Shown: piece after piece, positions 13,140-25,958 of the stretch | How positions within the stretch are numbered: the first letter of the stretch is position 1 | Layout: the number at the start of each line of letters is the position of its first letter | DNA from: Priapulus caudatus | Taxonomy: Eukaryota | Direction: 5' to 3' | Length of the DNA stretch: 33,952 nt | NCBI RefSeq assembly: GCF_000485595.1 | Contig: NW_014577088.1 | Span: 350,536-384,487 of the forward strand | The notes under the pieces: model-generated | Told to the model about the DNA's origin: nothing | Seen by the model: only the letters and a program-made list of their open reading frames with translations | The model's database searches: none | Made by a program: the position numbers and the translations under genes

Positions 13140-16100
13140 TCGCATATATAGCTATCAACTCGCATATATGCGATATTCAAATTTGACGTTGATTGAACGC
13201 ATTCAGTCTCGTTAGGACAACCAGTGGAGCCCGGATGACACACCGATGGGATTTCACACAGTAAATTGTGTACATGGAGAGTAAGTTTAAAAAAAATAGC
13301 TCTAGGAAATGGTCGACGTTCGGTGTTGCTCTCGAGACTGCATGGTTTAGATGACTGTGATACATCAACGTTCTATCAGACATCAGCAGTTGTGCTGCCT
13401 CCTAGATCAACGTAGTATCAGACTATCAGCGGCTGTGCTGCCCCCTTGATCAACGTTGTATCAGACATCAGCAGTTGTGCTGCCTCCTAGATCAACGTAG
13501 TATCAGACTATCAGCGGCTGTGCTGCCCCCTTGATCAACGTTGTATCAGACATCAGCAGTTGTGCTGCCTCCTAGATCAACGTAGTGTCAGACATCAGCG
13601 GCTGTGCTGCCCCCTAGATCAACGTAGTGTCAGACATCAGCAGCTGTGCTGCCCCCTAGATCAACGTTGTATCAGACATCAGCNNNNNNNNNNNNNNNNN
13701 NNNNNNNNNNNNNNNNNNNNNNNNNNNNNNNNNNNNNNNNNNNNNNNNNNNNNNNNNNNNNNNNNNNNNNNNNNNNNNNNNNNNNNNNNNNNNNNNNNNN
13801 NNNNNNNNNNNNNNNNNNNNNNNNNNNNNNNNNNNNNNNNNNNNNNNNNNNNNNNNNNNNNNNNNNNNNNNNNNNNNNNNNNNNNNNNNNNNNNNNNNNN
13901 NNNNNNNNNNNNNNNNNNNNNNNNNNNNNNNNNNNNNNNNNNNNNNNNNNNNNNNNNNNNNNNNNNNNNNNNNNNNNNNNNNNNNNNNNNNNNNNNNNNN
14001 NNNNNNNNNNNNNNNNNNNNNNNNNNNNNNNNNNNNNNNNNNNNNNNNNNNNNNNNNNNNNNNNNNNNNNNNNNNNNNNNNNNNNNNNNNNNNNNNNNNN
14101 NNNNNNNNNNNNNNNNNNNNNNNNNNNNNNNNNNNNNNNNNNNNNNNNNNNNNNNNNNNNNNNNNNNNNNNNNNNNNNNNNNNNNNNNNNNNNNNNNNNN
14201 NNNNNNNNNNNNNNNNNNNNNNNNNNNNNNNNNNNNNNNNNNNNNNNNNNNNNNNNNNNNNNNNNNNNNNNNNNNNNNNNNNNNNNNNNNNNNNNNNNNN
14301 NNNNNNNNNNNNNNNNNNNNNNNNNNNNNNNNNNNNNNNNNNNNNNNNNNNNNNNNNNNNNNNNNNNNNNNNNNNNNNNNNNNNNNNNNNNNNNNNNNNN
14401 NNNNNNNNNNNNNNNNNNNNNNNNNNNNNNNNNNNNNNNNNNNNNNNNNNNNNNNNNNNNNNNNNNNNNNNNNNNNNNNNNNNNNNNNNNNNNNNNNNNN
14501 NNNNNNNNNNNNNNNNNNNNNNNNNNNNNNNNNNNNNNNNNNNNNNNNNNNNNNNNNNNNNNNNNNNNNNNNNNNNNNNNNNNNNNNNNNNNNNNNNNNN
14601 NNNNNNNNNNNNNNNNNNNNNNNNNNNNNNNNNNNNNNNNNNNNNNTGCTGCCCCCTAGATCAACCTTGTATCAGCGGCTGTGCTGCCCCCTAGATCAAC
14701 CTTGTATCAGCGGCTGTGCTGCCCCCTAGATCAACCTTGTATCAGACTATCAGCGGCTGTGCTGCCCCCTAGATCAACGTTGTATCAGACTATCAGCGGC
14801 TGTGCTGCCCCCTAGCTCGAGACCGTGTTAAATGCCAGCGGCAACTCTGCCCCTCGAAGCATATGTAGTTTGCTCTCATAACGGTTTGCACTACACACAT
14901 AGCACACTTAAACATGAACTACTCCTACTATATCGACGCGTTGTGAAGGGCGGCGTGACGTGTGAATCTGTAGTTTCTATTATCTACGATGTTGCGAAGT
15001 AACACTCGTGAAATACGTGCGCTAGCAGATACTCGTGACGTACTAGAAATCAACAGTAGGGTAGACTCTGCTCGCTCTGTTCATCACCACACGTGCAAGC
15101 CATCCATTCCTTCCAGCTTTCCCGCTCACCGTCAGAAAATACACCGAATGCACTCGATGTGCAATGGACTTACCTATGTGATCTGGCAATATTCACCAGT
15201 CAATTATGTAACCATGTACTGTTCTACAAATGTAAAAATGAAGCTTGCCAATACGCTTTAACTCTTTCCACAGTCGCTGACATTCTGTAAACGGAAATCC
15301 GGCAATCCTCTTAGAGCGAGAGACACCTTTTATATGGTGAGAAAATGACTAGCTAGCGCAGTGAGGCGAATGTCAACGAGGGGAGGAGTATAGACAATTA
15401 TGGCTCTGTCTAGATGCACTTAATTGCGGAAGGGATGGTTGAGGGACACTGTCTGCAAAAGATCCGGGGTTGGGGATGCTGACCGCAAAAGGCCAGGAGT
15501 TGATAGGCACTGGCTGCATGAGGTCAATACTTGCAATGGAAATTTGCCAGCGAATCGCAAACAACAAACACTACATGGCCGATTTAAGGTTCTTTCGTGG
15601 CAGCGCATGCTATACAATTTACGATCATTAGCAGTATAGCTTCGACCACGGAGTAAGTCCGCCAGCGTTGATTGATGGCAGTCGATTGAATTCACGACCG
15701 CGTGGGCGAAATCACGTGATTAATTCACTCTGTGTGGCATCAAGCTCGGAACGCGATGGATCAGAGACCATGATGCCCACGCGTTGCCTGGCATTATTGA
15801 AGGGGCTTCGCCATCACGCCTGCTGTCCGTGTGATGATTCTTCTAGAGCATTACAAATGCACCTAATGTAGGATTTTCTATGATGTGTTCGCTCTTTCAT
15901 ATTTGGATATAAGCTACGGAGAAACGGAACTTCCGTTGCGGACTGAAATGCATACGAATATGAGACATTATATAGGAGGACTCTTATGCCCTCTTGATAC
16001 GAAGTCATACGTCAGTGTTATTTCATACAATTTCATACACGGAATTACGAAAAAAAATATATTTTCTTTAAAGAGCTCGGGGGAAATGGATCTGTGCCAG

Positions 16101-18525
16101 GTTGATCAGTATTTTTAACGAAACAGGATGAAGCCCAAAGAATTATACTAGACTCCAAAATGCGTAATAAATTGTTACGTAATGTTATGTTAATATATTT
16201 AAAAAATTGTATTTGAAGATGCAATGACGCCCAAAAGTCACGAAATGTTATGGGTTTTGCCTTTAAATAAATTATGGTTCCTTAGATCAATCAATTGTAG
16301 AGGAATTCGATTACACTAGGCACCCTTCCATATACAGCTGTTTGATTATCACAGCTCTTCTCGGTCCCCTCCCTCCGCCGGCAGCGCATTACTCGAGGTA
16401 TTATTACAGCAGACACGAGAGACCACGGATCAATGCCAGCAAATGTTCAGACGTGCCTACATTTGACACGCCTATTCAGATAGTGACGCGCACGGCAGTC
16501 GCAACGTGCAAATATTTATACGTATCTGGCGATATTATCGAATCAACAGCACTGCCTCGGTTTATAATGCGAATTAGAATGTTTGCTCCCCCAACAGTTT
16601 GTGACCGGCGTTCCGTATTACGTAGGTCGAGTATCGAGAAGCGCCAAGACTACGATTTCACATAGATATGAAAACCTATGAGAAAAAGCCTAAAAAAGAC
16701 GACGGTACGATAAATGATGTGCCACGAGTTTTACCAACCTTTTTATTTGGGTGATCAATATACGTGCGTAATTAATCTAAAAATGAATATCCATTCATAT
16801 GGAAAGAACTAATATTAAATCTTGATCTAACTAGGAAAATTCATATAGTCAAAGTATTATGTTAACTCACTTTCGTTTGTCTAATCTCAGCTAATACCAC
16901 CAGTTAAAACATATAGATATGAGCTACGACTTTATATTGAACCATATAAACGTGCTATTGAAAAATGTTGTTATCGACATTGTGGCAAAACACCGATATC
17001 TGACTGAAATTGTTCGAATATATCTGAAAATATCTGCTTGTGATAACGAAAAATGTTGATTAAAATGACACTCAATGGCGTCATAGTCTGTTACTGGGGC
17101 ACACATATCGGTCTGCTTATGTTTCTTGCTCGAATTTCTATACTCAAGCGAACAAGTTGTATGAAAGGAAAAATCGCAGTCGAATTGATGGTAGCTCCCA
17201 CTACCACTTTAGTAGGTAATAACATGTTACATGACATCGCGTGCAATGACGAATGCACACTCGCAAAACGGGTATCTATGTTGCCATCTTTCCTGTTCAT
17301 AAATTACAAAGCCGTTCACTTAGTTTAAAAAAACACGGACAATACCGTTGGGCCTACTAGCACCATAGGATTTAAGTCAACGAGAAATACAGTTGAAGAA
17401 CAAAATTAGCATGAGATCTATATTATATTTTTTTTATTATTATTAAACCTCTATTGCGTGTAAGTCAAATGCAAATACATGTAGGTGCCTACTGAAGACA
17501 GCCTTTTTCATGAAGAAAAAATCTGATAAATGCACTGGTGCTTAGCGGTTAAAATCATAAAATTTCCGAGTAACAAAAGAAAAGGTACAAAACAGAGTTA
17601 TACAAGACAAAGCAAAAATATAATACAAAGACGGCAGTATCTTATATATTTGGTATGCATAAACAAGGATTCCCAATTTTTAATCAATTAAGTTGTCTAC
17701 GAGAATGTAAAAAACAAGATTTTGCCCACAACTGAACCTTAGAATGCGGCCCAATACACTTGAACAAAATTGACATAACGATCTAAACAATGACGGGAAT
17801 AAACGGCTAAGTGTAATACTTATAAATACTTACCTCGGTAGCCTTAAGAATATGCGTGTTTTCATCTAGCTCCAAACCTACAGGCGTAGGGGCGATCATT
17901 TTCGGTAACGGATTTTGTTCGAATGTAGTAATCAACTGCAACAGACATAATTAGGGTTAAGAATAGGGGAAATATAAGTTGAATCATTGCAGTGATCAGA
18001 TGATAAACCAAACATCCGAGATTTACTAATGTAGTTACACTTTGTATAACAGTGCACAGGCGAAAAAATACGAGTTTATATGGGGCAAATTTTATACATC
18101 AAAGGTATGGAAGCTGATACGCATGCTCGAAGATCATGTGTTATTCCATTCCCCGATAAGGCAGCTTGCTCTGCTGCTTAAAGCATGATTTACCTATCTC
18201 AGAATTTTATTGCGCTAGAACAATGGGAGGCTCTCCGTATTACTGAGCGCTCACTTACTGGCCTGTCCTGTGAGGCTGCTCGTACATCGGTTTTACGCTG
18301 ATAAGCACGTATCTCTATTTCGGCAGCAGGAGACTTCAGCGTCTAGTTCAGTTGATTGTGTGCAGCGCGCATCGTATTCCTAACGTTTGCTATTGTCGCG
18401 TTGTATGTTTTCCGCGAGATTTGTTGGTTTTGGGAATAATTTCGTTCCCGAATATACGCGCCGTCTCAGACTGATACCGCAGGTCGTTGCCGTAGATTTT
18501 GCTGTTCGGAGTTCGCTCAGATAAC
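13140..18525 (+). repeat. Copy B of large tandem duplication
   Basis: Same landmark order as copy A, e.g. cttagagcgagagacacc, cttgatacgaagtcatacgtcagtg, gaagaacaaaattagcatgagatc. Confidence 0.93.
13360..14820 (+). repeat. 42-43 bp minisatellite (gapped)
   Basis: Unit ctagatcaacgttgtatcagac(t)atcagcggctgtgctgcccc; gatcaacg recurs at 13405, 13448, 13490, 13533, 13575, 13617 and 13659; 35-bp deletion variants at ~14647-14730. Confidence 0.95.
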
Positions 18526-20012
18526 GTTGCCGACATCCCCACATCGACCGCCGGCCGACTTAACGATACGGACTATGAGCCCGACCTCTGTATTCGTACA
18601 TCACCGTCTTCGTGAAACTTCAATCTCGACATAAGCAAAGACACAACGCATCCATGGTCAGAGCTACACAGTCACAGTACATAAAAGGCTTTTCGGCATT
18701 CTCACGTGTGCAGATCGTGGGCATAGATGCGTGGTATAGTGGGCGTGAGCTGAATCACTTGAGGCAAGCGTACGCAATACATTCGGAAGTCACAGGGTGA
18801 ATTTTTTTAATGCACAGGTGGCAGTGAGGAAGACGTGCGTCGTTGAGCAAGAATCGCATAGGATCGTATAGTATGTATATCGATGGGGAAGAGCTAGAGT
18901 GCGATTACCCGTGTCTTCGAGTGTGAACTGTACAGCGACTACAGACTTGCGCCACCGGAAGAGACTGCAGCGTCGCTAAACGCTGACTTCTATAAGCGGA
19001 GATTACCTGACTGAAACGTAGTTGACACACACATCGATGACGGTTTTCGTTGCTACATAATGTATTCTTATATTATATGTGTTAATATGGTGTCGGATAC
19101 GAAATTTACTGCTGTACTCGTTCGTGATAACTCGCGTGTGCTGTTGGTTCAGATTTACGAACAAAGCTAACAACCGTGACACAGGGAGGTCATCACAGGT
19201 CTATTTCGCGGACACAAATGGCGACGAGAAATGCTGATATTGCGGCAGAATAAACTCTGTACGTTATTTATATATAATTATATGAAGCCATCCATAAATG
19301 AAATTCAGGTCGATGATTCGAATTTTATGGAAAAACTGACGGAGCCTAATTGCTGTCTTCTCTCCTATTAACAATATTCCCGGTTTTTTAATTGCACATA
19401 AACCTCCACATGTTGGTAGATCCGTCTGTGCGGTAGGACTAACAAATATTGTAATAATAGCTTGCATATTGCGATATTAGCTTCAAACGAACCCTGATAT
19501 TTGGTTAGCGGTGAGACAATTGCACGGGCGCGCACAACGTGGCTATTTTTGTTGCACGCAGTATTACGATTGAGTGTTAAATGCACCGCACTATATAACT
19601 GTCACGGCAGTGACTCGATCGGGGGTGGCTTTTTATCACTGCAACACTTTCGCGCGAAGTTACTCATCAAGTTACTCATCTACGGTATATGGTGACCACT
19701 AAATTATAGCCGGCGCAATATTTTTCCAATAATCTTTGGATACTCACCGAACTCCCTGAGCACGTATAGATTGAATTCGATTTGTTGATTTTAAATCTTC
19801 TAAAGTACACAAGTACTGGGCACCTAACAATTCACAGTCACGTTTAGCCGAATGAGGTCATTCACTAATGCTGTACGTAAAGCCAAACGAATCGATGGCT
19901 GATTTTTTACAATAGCCGTTTGCAGACAGGTGTGACTATAGTATAAAGCCCTCTCGTCACGCTTATATAGGGTCTATATAGCGTATATAGGGTTATATAG
20001 GGTTATATAAGG

Positions 20013-20272
20013 TATGTCCCCCAGGGTACTGCCGGAACGTACCCTGGGTACGGTCCGGTATACCGGAACGTACCCTGGTAACTATCTGATATGGTTAGGG
20101 TTAGGGTTAGGGTTAAGGTTAGGGTTAGGGTTAGGGAGTAGGAGTAGGCGACTCCCTAGACTCGTTAGTGGAGTAGGCGATGTACGGTCCGGCATATTAG
20201 ATAGTACCGGGGTACGTTCCGGTATACCGGACCGTACCCAGGGTACGTTCCGCCAGTACCCTGGGGGACATA
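20013..20272. mobile_element. Foldback MITE with ~80-bp internally repetitive TIRs and central (TTAGGG)n
   Basis: tatgtcccccagggtactgccggaacgtaccctgggtacggtccggtataccggaacgtacc... at left is mirrored by ...ggtacgttccggtataccggaccgtacccagggtacgttccgccagtaccctgggggacata at right. About 7 TTAGGG-type units at 20095-20136. Confidence 0.82.
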
Positions 20273-20782
20273 GACCCTCTCAGCTGCTGTCACAGTGTCG
20301 GTACAATCTTAATTATAATAACATTAATGTAATATATGTTTCCTAGCGAATTTGAATTGTTAATGTTTTGTGATAATTAATGCAGATGACCTGCTGGTGA
20401 GCTGCTGCTGTTGTTGTTGTTTGAGGAATTATGTGTTCAATATCGGATCAGTTCAATATCGTTTTTGCACAAGTGTGCATAAACATATATTAACTTTACT
20501 ACGAGGCACGGATTTGGAATTTTTTCCAGAATCTTCTCCCAGTAAAAGGGTAGGGATAAATTCATTGTGGACCAATAGAGATATATTTGTGGATCACACG
20601 AATGATAAAAAGGAAACAGCACAAAATAAGAGAGAAGTCGATCCGGATGTCTCACGTTTTGAATTTCTCCTCAAAGCCTGTATGACGTCAACAACTTGCG
20701 CAGCGACATCAAGACATCTCTACTGAGCGAATTGGCGCTAATAATACCACATTCCGTATTCCGGTTCCGGTTCTCTATTCTG

Positions 20783-20872
20783 ACACACAGACACGTACAC
20801 ACTCACTCACTCACTCTGTCACTCACTCAACTCACTCACACACGCACGCACGCACGCACACACGCACGCACG

Positions 20873-20903
<31 letters not shown>

Positions 20904-20950
20904 GCACGCACGCGTGCGCGCGCAAGCACAAGCACGTACGCACACACAAG
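20783..20950 (+). repeat. (CA)n/(CACG)n/(CACT)n microsatellite
   Basis: Directly visible simple repeat. Confidence 0.9.
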
Positions 20951-21614
20951 CAAGGAATACGCAATAACCCACCAACTTCGCCCAGCGTTTTGTTAAATAT
21001 GTATAATCGAATATGCTATAATATTCTAATGTCAAGAACAGCGCGCGCGAAAACGTCAGAGCTACGGATTTAATTCCTGGCTCGCGGATATAAATACAGA
21101 CTAAATTATACAGTTAAGGCATTTTAACACCTTTACACATCTGTCAGCAACTTTTGATCTGCAACGACGGAAAATCTCATTATATCCACGACATCCCCCG
21201 CCGCAAACGTTCCGGCCCGTTTGCTACAGTGTTTTCATATTTTCTGTCTGCGTACACAGGACGTCAATACACTTGAGGCAACCTCACGCCAATGTGAATC
21301 AATTACAGCCAATATAATGCATTCACATCAGAAACTCCTCAATAAATGCGATGCCACAAATTTAGCTAGATACCGTAGGACCCATTGCGCATCGTTACCG
21401 AGTCTGTATAATTCGGAGAGGAATTGCAAGCATTTCGGAAAATGTTTGAACTCTTGCTTTCAACACAGTGAGTTATTACGAGTGACTTCGTGCAACGTTC
21501 CAACTTCTTTTGACATTCAACTGCCACATTGCACCCCAGTTAGAGCACCGTATAAGTCTGCTTGCGCGGAAATGGACATTAGGCAATGCAAATGACAACA
21601 CCATTACACGGCTC

Positions 21615-21940
21615 TTCGTTTTCTGAAATAAAATAAATACCAAAGTACATCTCCCCTAAGTAACGCATCGTAGTTCTGGCGCAATTTGATGGTAGCTCCC
21701 ACATCCACAATTTACTTGCACATTTAATCCATCTGACGTGAGTGATTTAAACGAAGGCGGAAGTAAGTAATGGAGGAAGTAATATGCAAATATTAGAAAT
21801 GCGTAATAGTATACGCTACTAGCCAGCCAATCTAGTAGGTAAAGGCATATTATATATCAAGACCCTTCATTTTCCGAAATAAAACAAAATACCAAAGCAC
21901 ATCTCCCCTAGGTAATGCAACGTAATCCTGACGCAATTTG
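21615..21940 (+). repeat. Diverged ~75-bp direct repeat pair (21615-21688, 21866-21940)
   Basis: ttttc(t/c)gaaataaaa..aaataccaaag(t/c)acatctccccta(a/g)gtaa(c/t)gca.cgta..(t/c)ctg(g/a)cgcaatttg occurs twice. Confidence 0.85.
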
Positions 21941-23009
21941 CAGCAAGGCGAAGAAACGCTCTAAGTGACCTGGTGAAGAACGACGCGCTAATTTGAGAGC
22001 CTTTTATAAATGGAGAGAAAATCAAATCTCCGCTACTCATCTGTCGGCACAAGCTGGGTACGCCGTCAGAGAACTTAGCACGCAGGACTCTTTTTATCCT
22101 TCGTACGTCGTTTATAAATGCGCTGAGTGCACATTTGTATACGGCCGTGATTTATGTGACACGTATGTATCGCAAGCTTCGCTAACCAACAGTAATCCAT
22201 TGTGATGATAATATAAAATTAATCATGGGATACAGCCTCACAACCGACTACAGTCACTATGAATGCACGCCACTATGTCCATAGCTGACCACCATTTATG
22301 ACGCATCAGAAATTAGCAGGAGACCAAAAATCAATATATTCTAGTACTGAACTGCTTCTCCGTCCATTTGATGGTCATAATACCAGATAAAACACAATAT
22401 TTTTTTTTTATGTGCACGCACACATAGGCAATGCTAAAATTGTGTAGAAAAAAAGCGTTATATAGAACTACTTAATTACATATATGATTACATAAATGAT
22501 AGCAATGTACGCATAATTACTAAAATAATTGTAAGAATATTCCCGATATGGACCACCCTTGGTGTTTGATTAGGCTGTCTATATACCATATGCCTTTCGA
22601 ACAGGCTACTATATGCCATATGCTACTATAGTACGCAATATGTAGTCGAGTGTGACTTCAAAAAAAAAAGAAGTTAAAGCGTTACACTTCTAAATGAGTT
22701 GCCATTAGAGCAAGCCCTGCCGAGCAACAAATATCGATTGATAAAATTGCCAGACGGATGGCGGGTACGCCAAATGACGCACCGTCATCACGTGCTAATA
22801 CGGGAACTTAATTGCACTGTTCAGAGGCCACCCGGCGAACTGCGGGTAAACTCATGGAAATATATGCGCGTGGTCATGTAATATTAACACCCTATGCTGA
22901 GGCGCTTGCATAATAAATGATATGCGTGCTGCGACCGCACCTACGCTACATGACACGGTGTCGACTGTCACAGAGTAGCACATGTGTACACGTGCTCGCT
23001 CTCTTGTAC

Positions 23010-23073
23010 GATTTCTTTCTTTTTATTTCTCGTTCTCTCTCTCTCACTCTCTTTCTATCTTTCCTCTCTGTCT

Positions 23074-23122
<49 letters not shown>

Positions 23123-23325
23123 GCGTCTCTCGTCTCTTCTCTCTGGTCCGTGACTTTCTTCTCCTCTTGGCTTCTCTCTCTCTGCTCTCTTCTCTCTTCT
23201 TCTCTCTCTCTGCTCGGTTTCCTCGTCTCTTCTCCTCTGCTCTCTTCTCTCCACCACGTTCTCATCTCCTCTCTCTCTCTCTCTCTCTCTCGTTAGCTCT
23301 CCTCTCTCCCTCCCTCTCTCTCCCA
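23010..23325 (+). repeat. (CT)n microsatellite
   Basis: Degenerate CT tract. Confidence 0.92.
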
Positions 23326-23656
23326 TTCAATCACTCTTTCGTGGCTTCTGTCACGACCGCTCTTGATCTCGCTGCCGTCAGCACGGTGACCCACTACGAC
23401 ACCAACACGCGTGATGGCTGAAAATCGACATGTTGCTCGAGTCCTGTGACTAGCAAACGGAGCAACTCAACGTTGAATACCCCGCTTTTAATGTTGAATG
23501 AGGTTAGCGCGTGTGTGCCACGTTGTCACACGACCGGCTTTTTTTCACACAACGCGAAGCATTGTCGTTTGTATAGTAAGTATTGTCGATATGCCTACTA
23601 CAAGATTTATTAGAGATAAGTAATTTGGGACGCACAGCAAAGCAATCGTTGGTTTC

Positions 23657-23676
23657 AGAGAGAGAGAGAAAGATAA

Positions 23677-23721
<45 letters not shown>

Positions 23722-23744
23722 GAAGAGAGAGAGAGAGAGAGAGA
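23657..23744 (+). repeat. (GA)n microsatellite
   Basis: GA tract. Confidence 0.92.
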
Positions 23745-25129
23745 CGCTGTATTACCTCTAAGCGGTGCTTGGAGCGCTTGCGTATACACTCAATTCTACA
23801 GGTCCACATCCGAGTATGCGATGCAACATAATCCCTTCTCGTATAATTAATGTTAACTATAGATTATAGTAATTACAGCTCCGTCAAAGTACTAAAATTT
23901 GCAGCCAGCTTCTTTAGCGAAAGATAGAAACGTTTACCAATGTATACTTACAACGTACAACTGAGATAAAACAACACGAGAATGTCTTCAAGAAAAGCTC
24001 ATCCTTTAAATGTCCGTTCACAATTATCAACATTATAACAAGGCTAGAGACCGTACAATTTCGCCTACAAAGGTACATAAAGATTTTGCAGAAACTAAGA
24101 ATTGACATTTTCATTTATAAAATCATGCAAGTCGTTGACCACCTACACAAGGATATGGTTTGCATGCTTCAGAAAATGTTGATAATTGATAGTTGATAGC
24201 TGCCGCAGCGATCCGCGGGCTATAGTACTAGAGCTACCTCTAAGATAACATATGGAACTGCATCGATGCATATCCGACCCTGAACCTGCCTGCACTCTCA
24301 CAAAACACAATCAATGAACCATGGCATTGAGATCACGCAAGGCATTGCTTTTCAAAGCGCTATAGAAGATAACACGATACCAGGATACCATCGGTGAAAC
24401 ATATGAGCGTTAGTGCTGCTCATTACCTGTCAATTTCCTGCTCCGCTGATGATTTGATGGTTTCACTCCCACCAGGTGCACGAATCCGCCGATTACTATC
24501 TACGTTTATTTAGTACTAACCACAATTCATTTCGCTCTCGCTGACATTCAGCCTACAGGCGCCACTACACACTAAACGGGACTACAACGTAACGGCGTCT
24601 CTATCTGCGTCTAATTGGTCTTCACTACAACGCGCTCTGTGCGTTGCTCACTGACCGTTAGCATGCTAGGATCTGCCGGGATTCTGCGAGCGCGTTTGGT
24701 TGCTCAATGAGCCCACTAGAGGGCAGCAGGATGAAGCGATATTCAAGTCTAGGAAAAATACGCGGTGTTTGCAATGTCCCGCTGACTGCTACCCATGTGA
24801 ATATTGCTCAGTCTCAGCTATTGCCATAATCCCGTGATTGAAGTTCAGATCCGTGTAAAATACAGGCGCTTTGTAGGTAACTTACTGGTCAGATGACATG
24901 ATGAGGCACGGCGACATGCATTAGCAGAGCGGCGAGATGATAGGAATTCGGAAATCCTAATTTCCACTAAAATATGTAGTAGGCCTAGAGCTATAAATGT
25001 GATCAAAGTTACGAGATTTCATTCTTTGTTACAGTCCCTCGGACTATGAAGAATATCTTGATAACGTCATGACACCAGCGGATTTAGGGGAGGGGCGACC
25101 CGGCTCCGCCCCACTATTGAGCAAAAAAA

Positions 25130-25877
25130 TGAGAGAGAAGAAGGACGAAGAGACAGAGAAAGAGCGAATAAGAGAGGGAGAGAGACTAAGAGAGAGAAAA
25201 AAGAAAGATAGAAAATGGGAGAGGGAGACAGAGGAAAAGAGAGATAGAAAGAGGGGGGAGAGCGAGAAAGAAAGAGAGAAAGAAAGAAAGATAGAAAATG
25301 GGAGAGGGAGACAGAGGAAAAGAGAGATAGAAAGAGGGGGGAGAGCGAGAAAGAAAGAGAGAAAGAAAGAAAGATAGAAAATGGGAGAGGGAGACAGAGG
25401 AAAAGAGAGATAGAAAGAGGGGGGAGAGCGAGAAAGAAAGAGAGAAAGAAAGAAAGNNNNNNNNNNNNNNNNNNNNNNNNNNNNNNNNNNNNNNNNNNNN
25501 NNNNNNNNNNNNNNNNNNNNNNNNNNNNNNNNNNNNNNNNNNNNNNNNNNNNNNNNNNNNNNNNNNNNNNNNNNNNNNNNNNNNNNNNNNNNNNNNNNNN
25601 NNNNNNNNNNNNNNNNNNNNNNNNNNNNNNNNNNNNNNNNNNNNNNNNNNNNNNNNNNNNNNNNNNNNNNNNNNNNNNNNNNNNNNNNNNNNNNNNNNNN
25701 NNNNNNNNNNNNNNNNNNNNNNNNNNNNNNNNNNNNNNNNNNNNNNNNNNNNNNNNNNNNNNNNNNNNNNNNNNNNNNNNNNNNNNNNNNNNNNNNNNNN
25801 NNNNNNNNNNNNNNNNNNNNNNNNNNNNNNNNNNNNNNNNNNNNNNNNNNNNNNNNNNNNNNNNNNNNNNNNNNNNN

Positions 25878-25942
<65 letters not shown>

Positions 25943-25958
25943 GAGGTGAGAGAAGGGG
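25130..25958 (+). repeat. Purine-rich tract with an 83-bp tandem unit (about 3 copies) and (GA)n, spanning a gap
   Basis: gatagaaaatggg recurs at 25207, 25290 and 25373; pure (GA)n follows the N run at 25457-25877. Confidence 0.9.

Noticed and set aside
13560..14729. 300+ aa ORFs here and at 25044-25976 and 27462-28513
   Set aside because: They exist only because they read through N gaps and simple repeats.
13360..14820. Regular 42-43 bp repeats as a CRISPR array
   Set aside because: Units are contiguous with no unique spacers, there are no cas genes, and the context is eukaryotic with spliceosomal introns.
18725..18800. TGGTATAGTGG A-box-like motif
   Set aside because: No B-box at suitable spacing and no tRNA fold.
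18255..20730. Several further candidate minus-strand micro-exons (~18260-18343, ~19007-19052, ~19748-19799, ~20656-20718)
   Set aside because: Short, often open in more than one frame, no homology, and no unambiguous phase chain could be built.
22946..23809. RE-/LS-rich ORFs
   Set aside because: Translations of CT/GA microsatellites.
25075..25120. cagcggatttaggggaggggcg resembling a Harbinger-type MITE end
   Set aside because: No convincing partner TIR or TSD is visible; it may lie in the adjacent gap.
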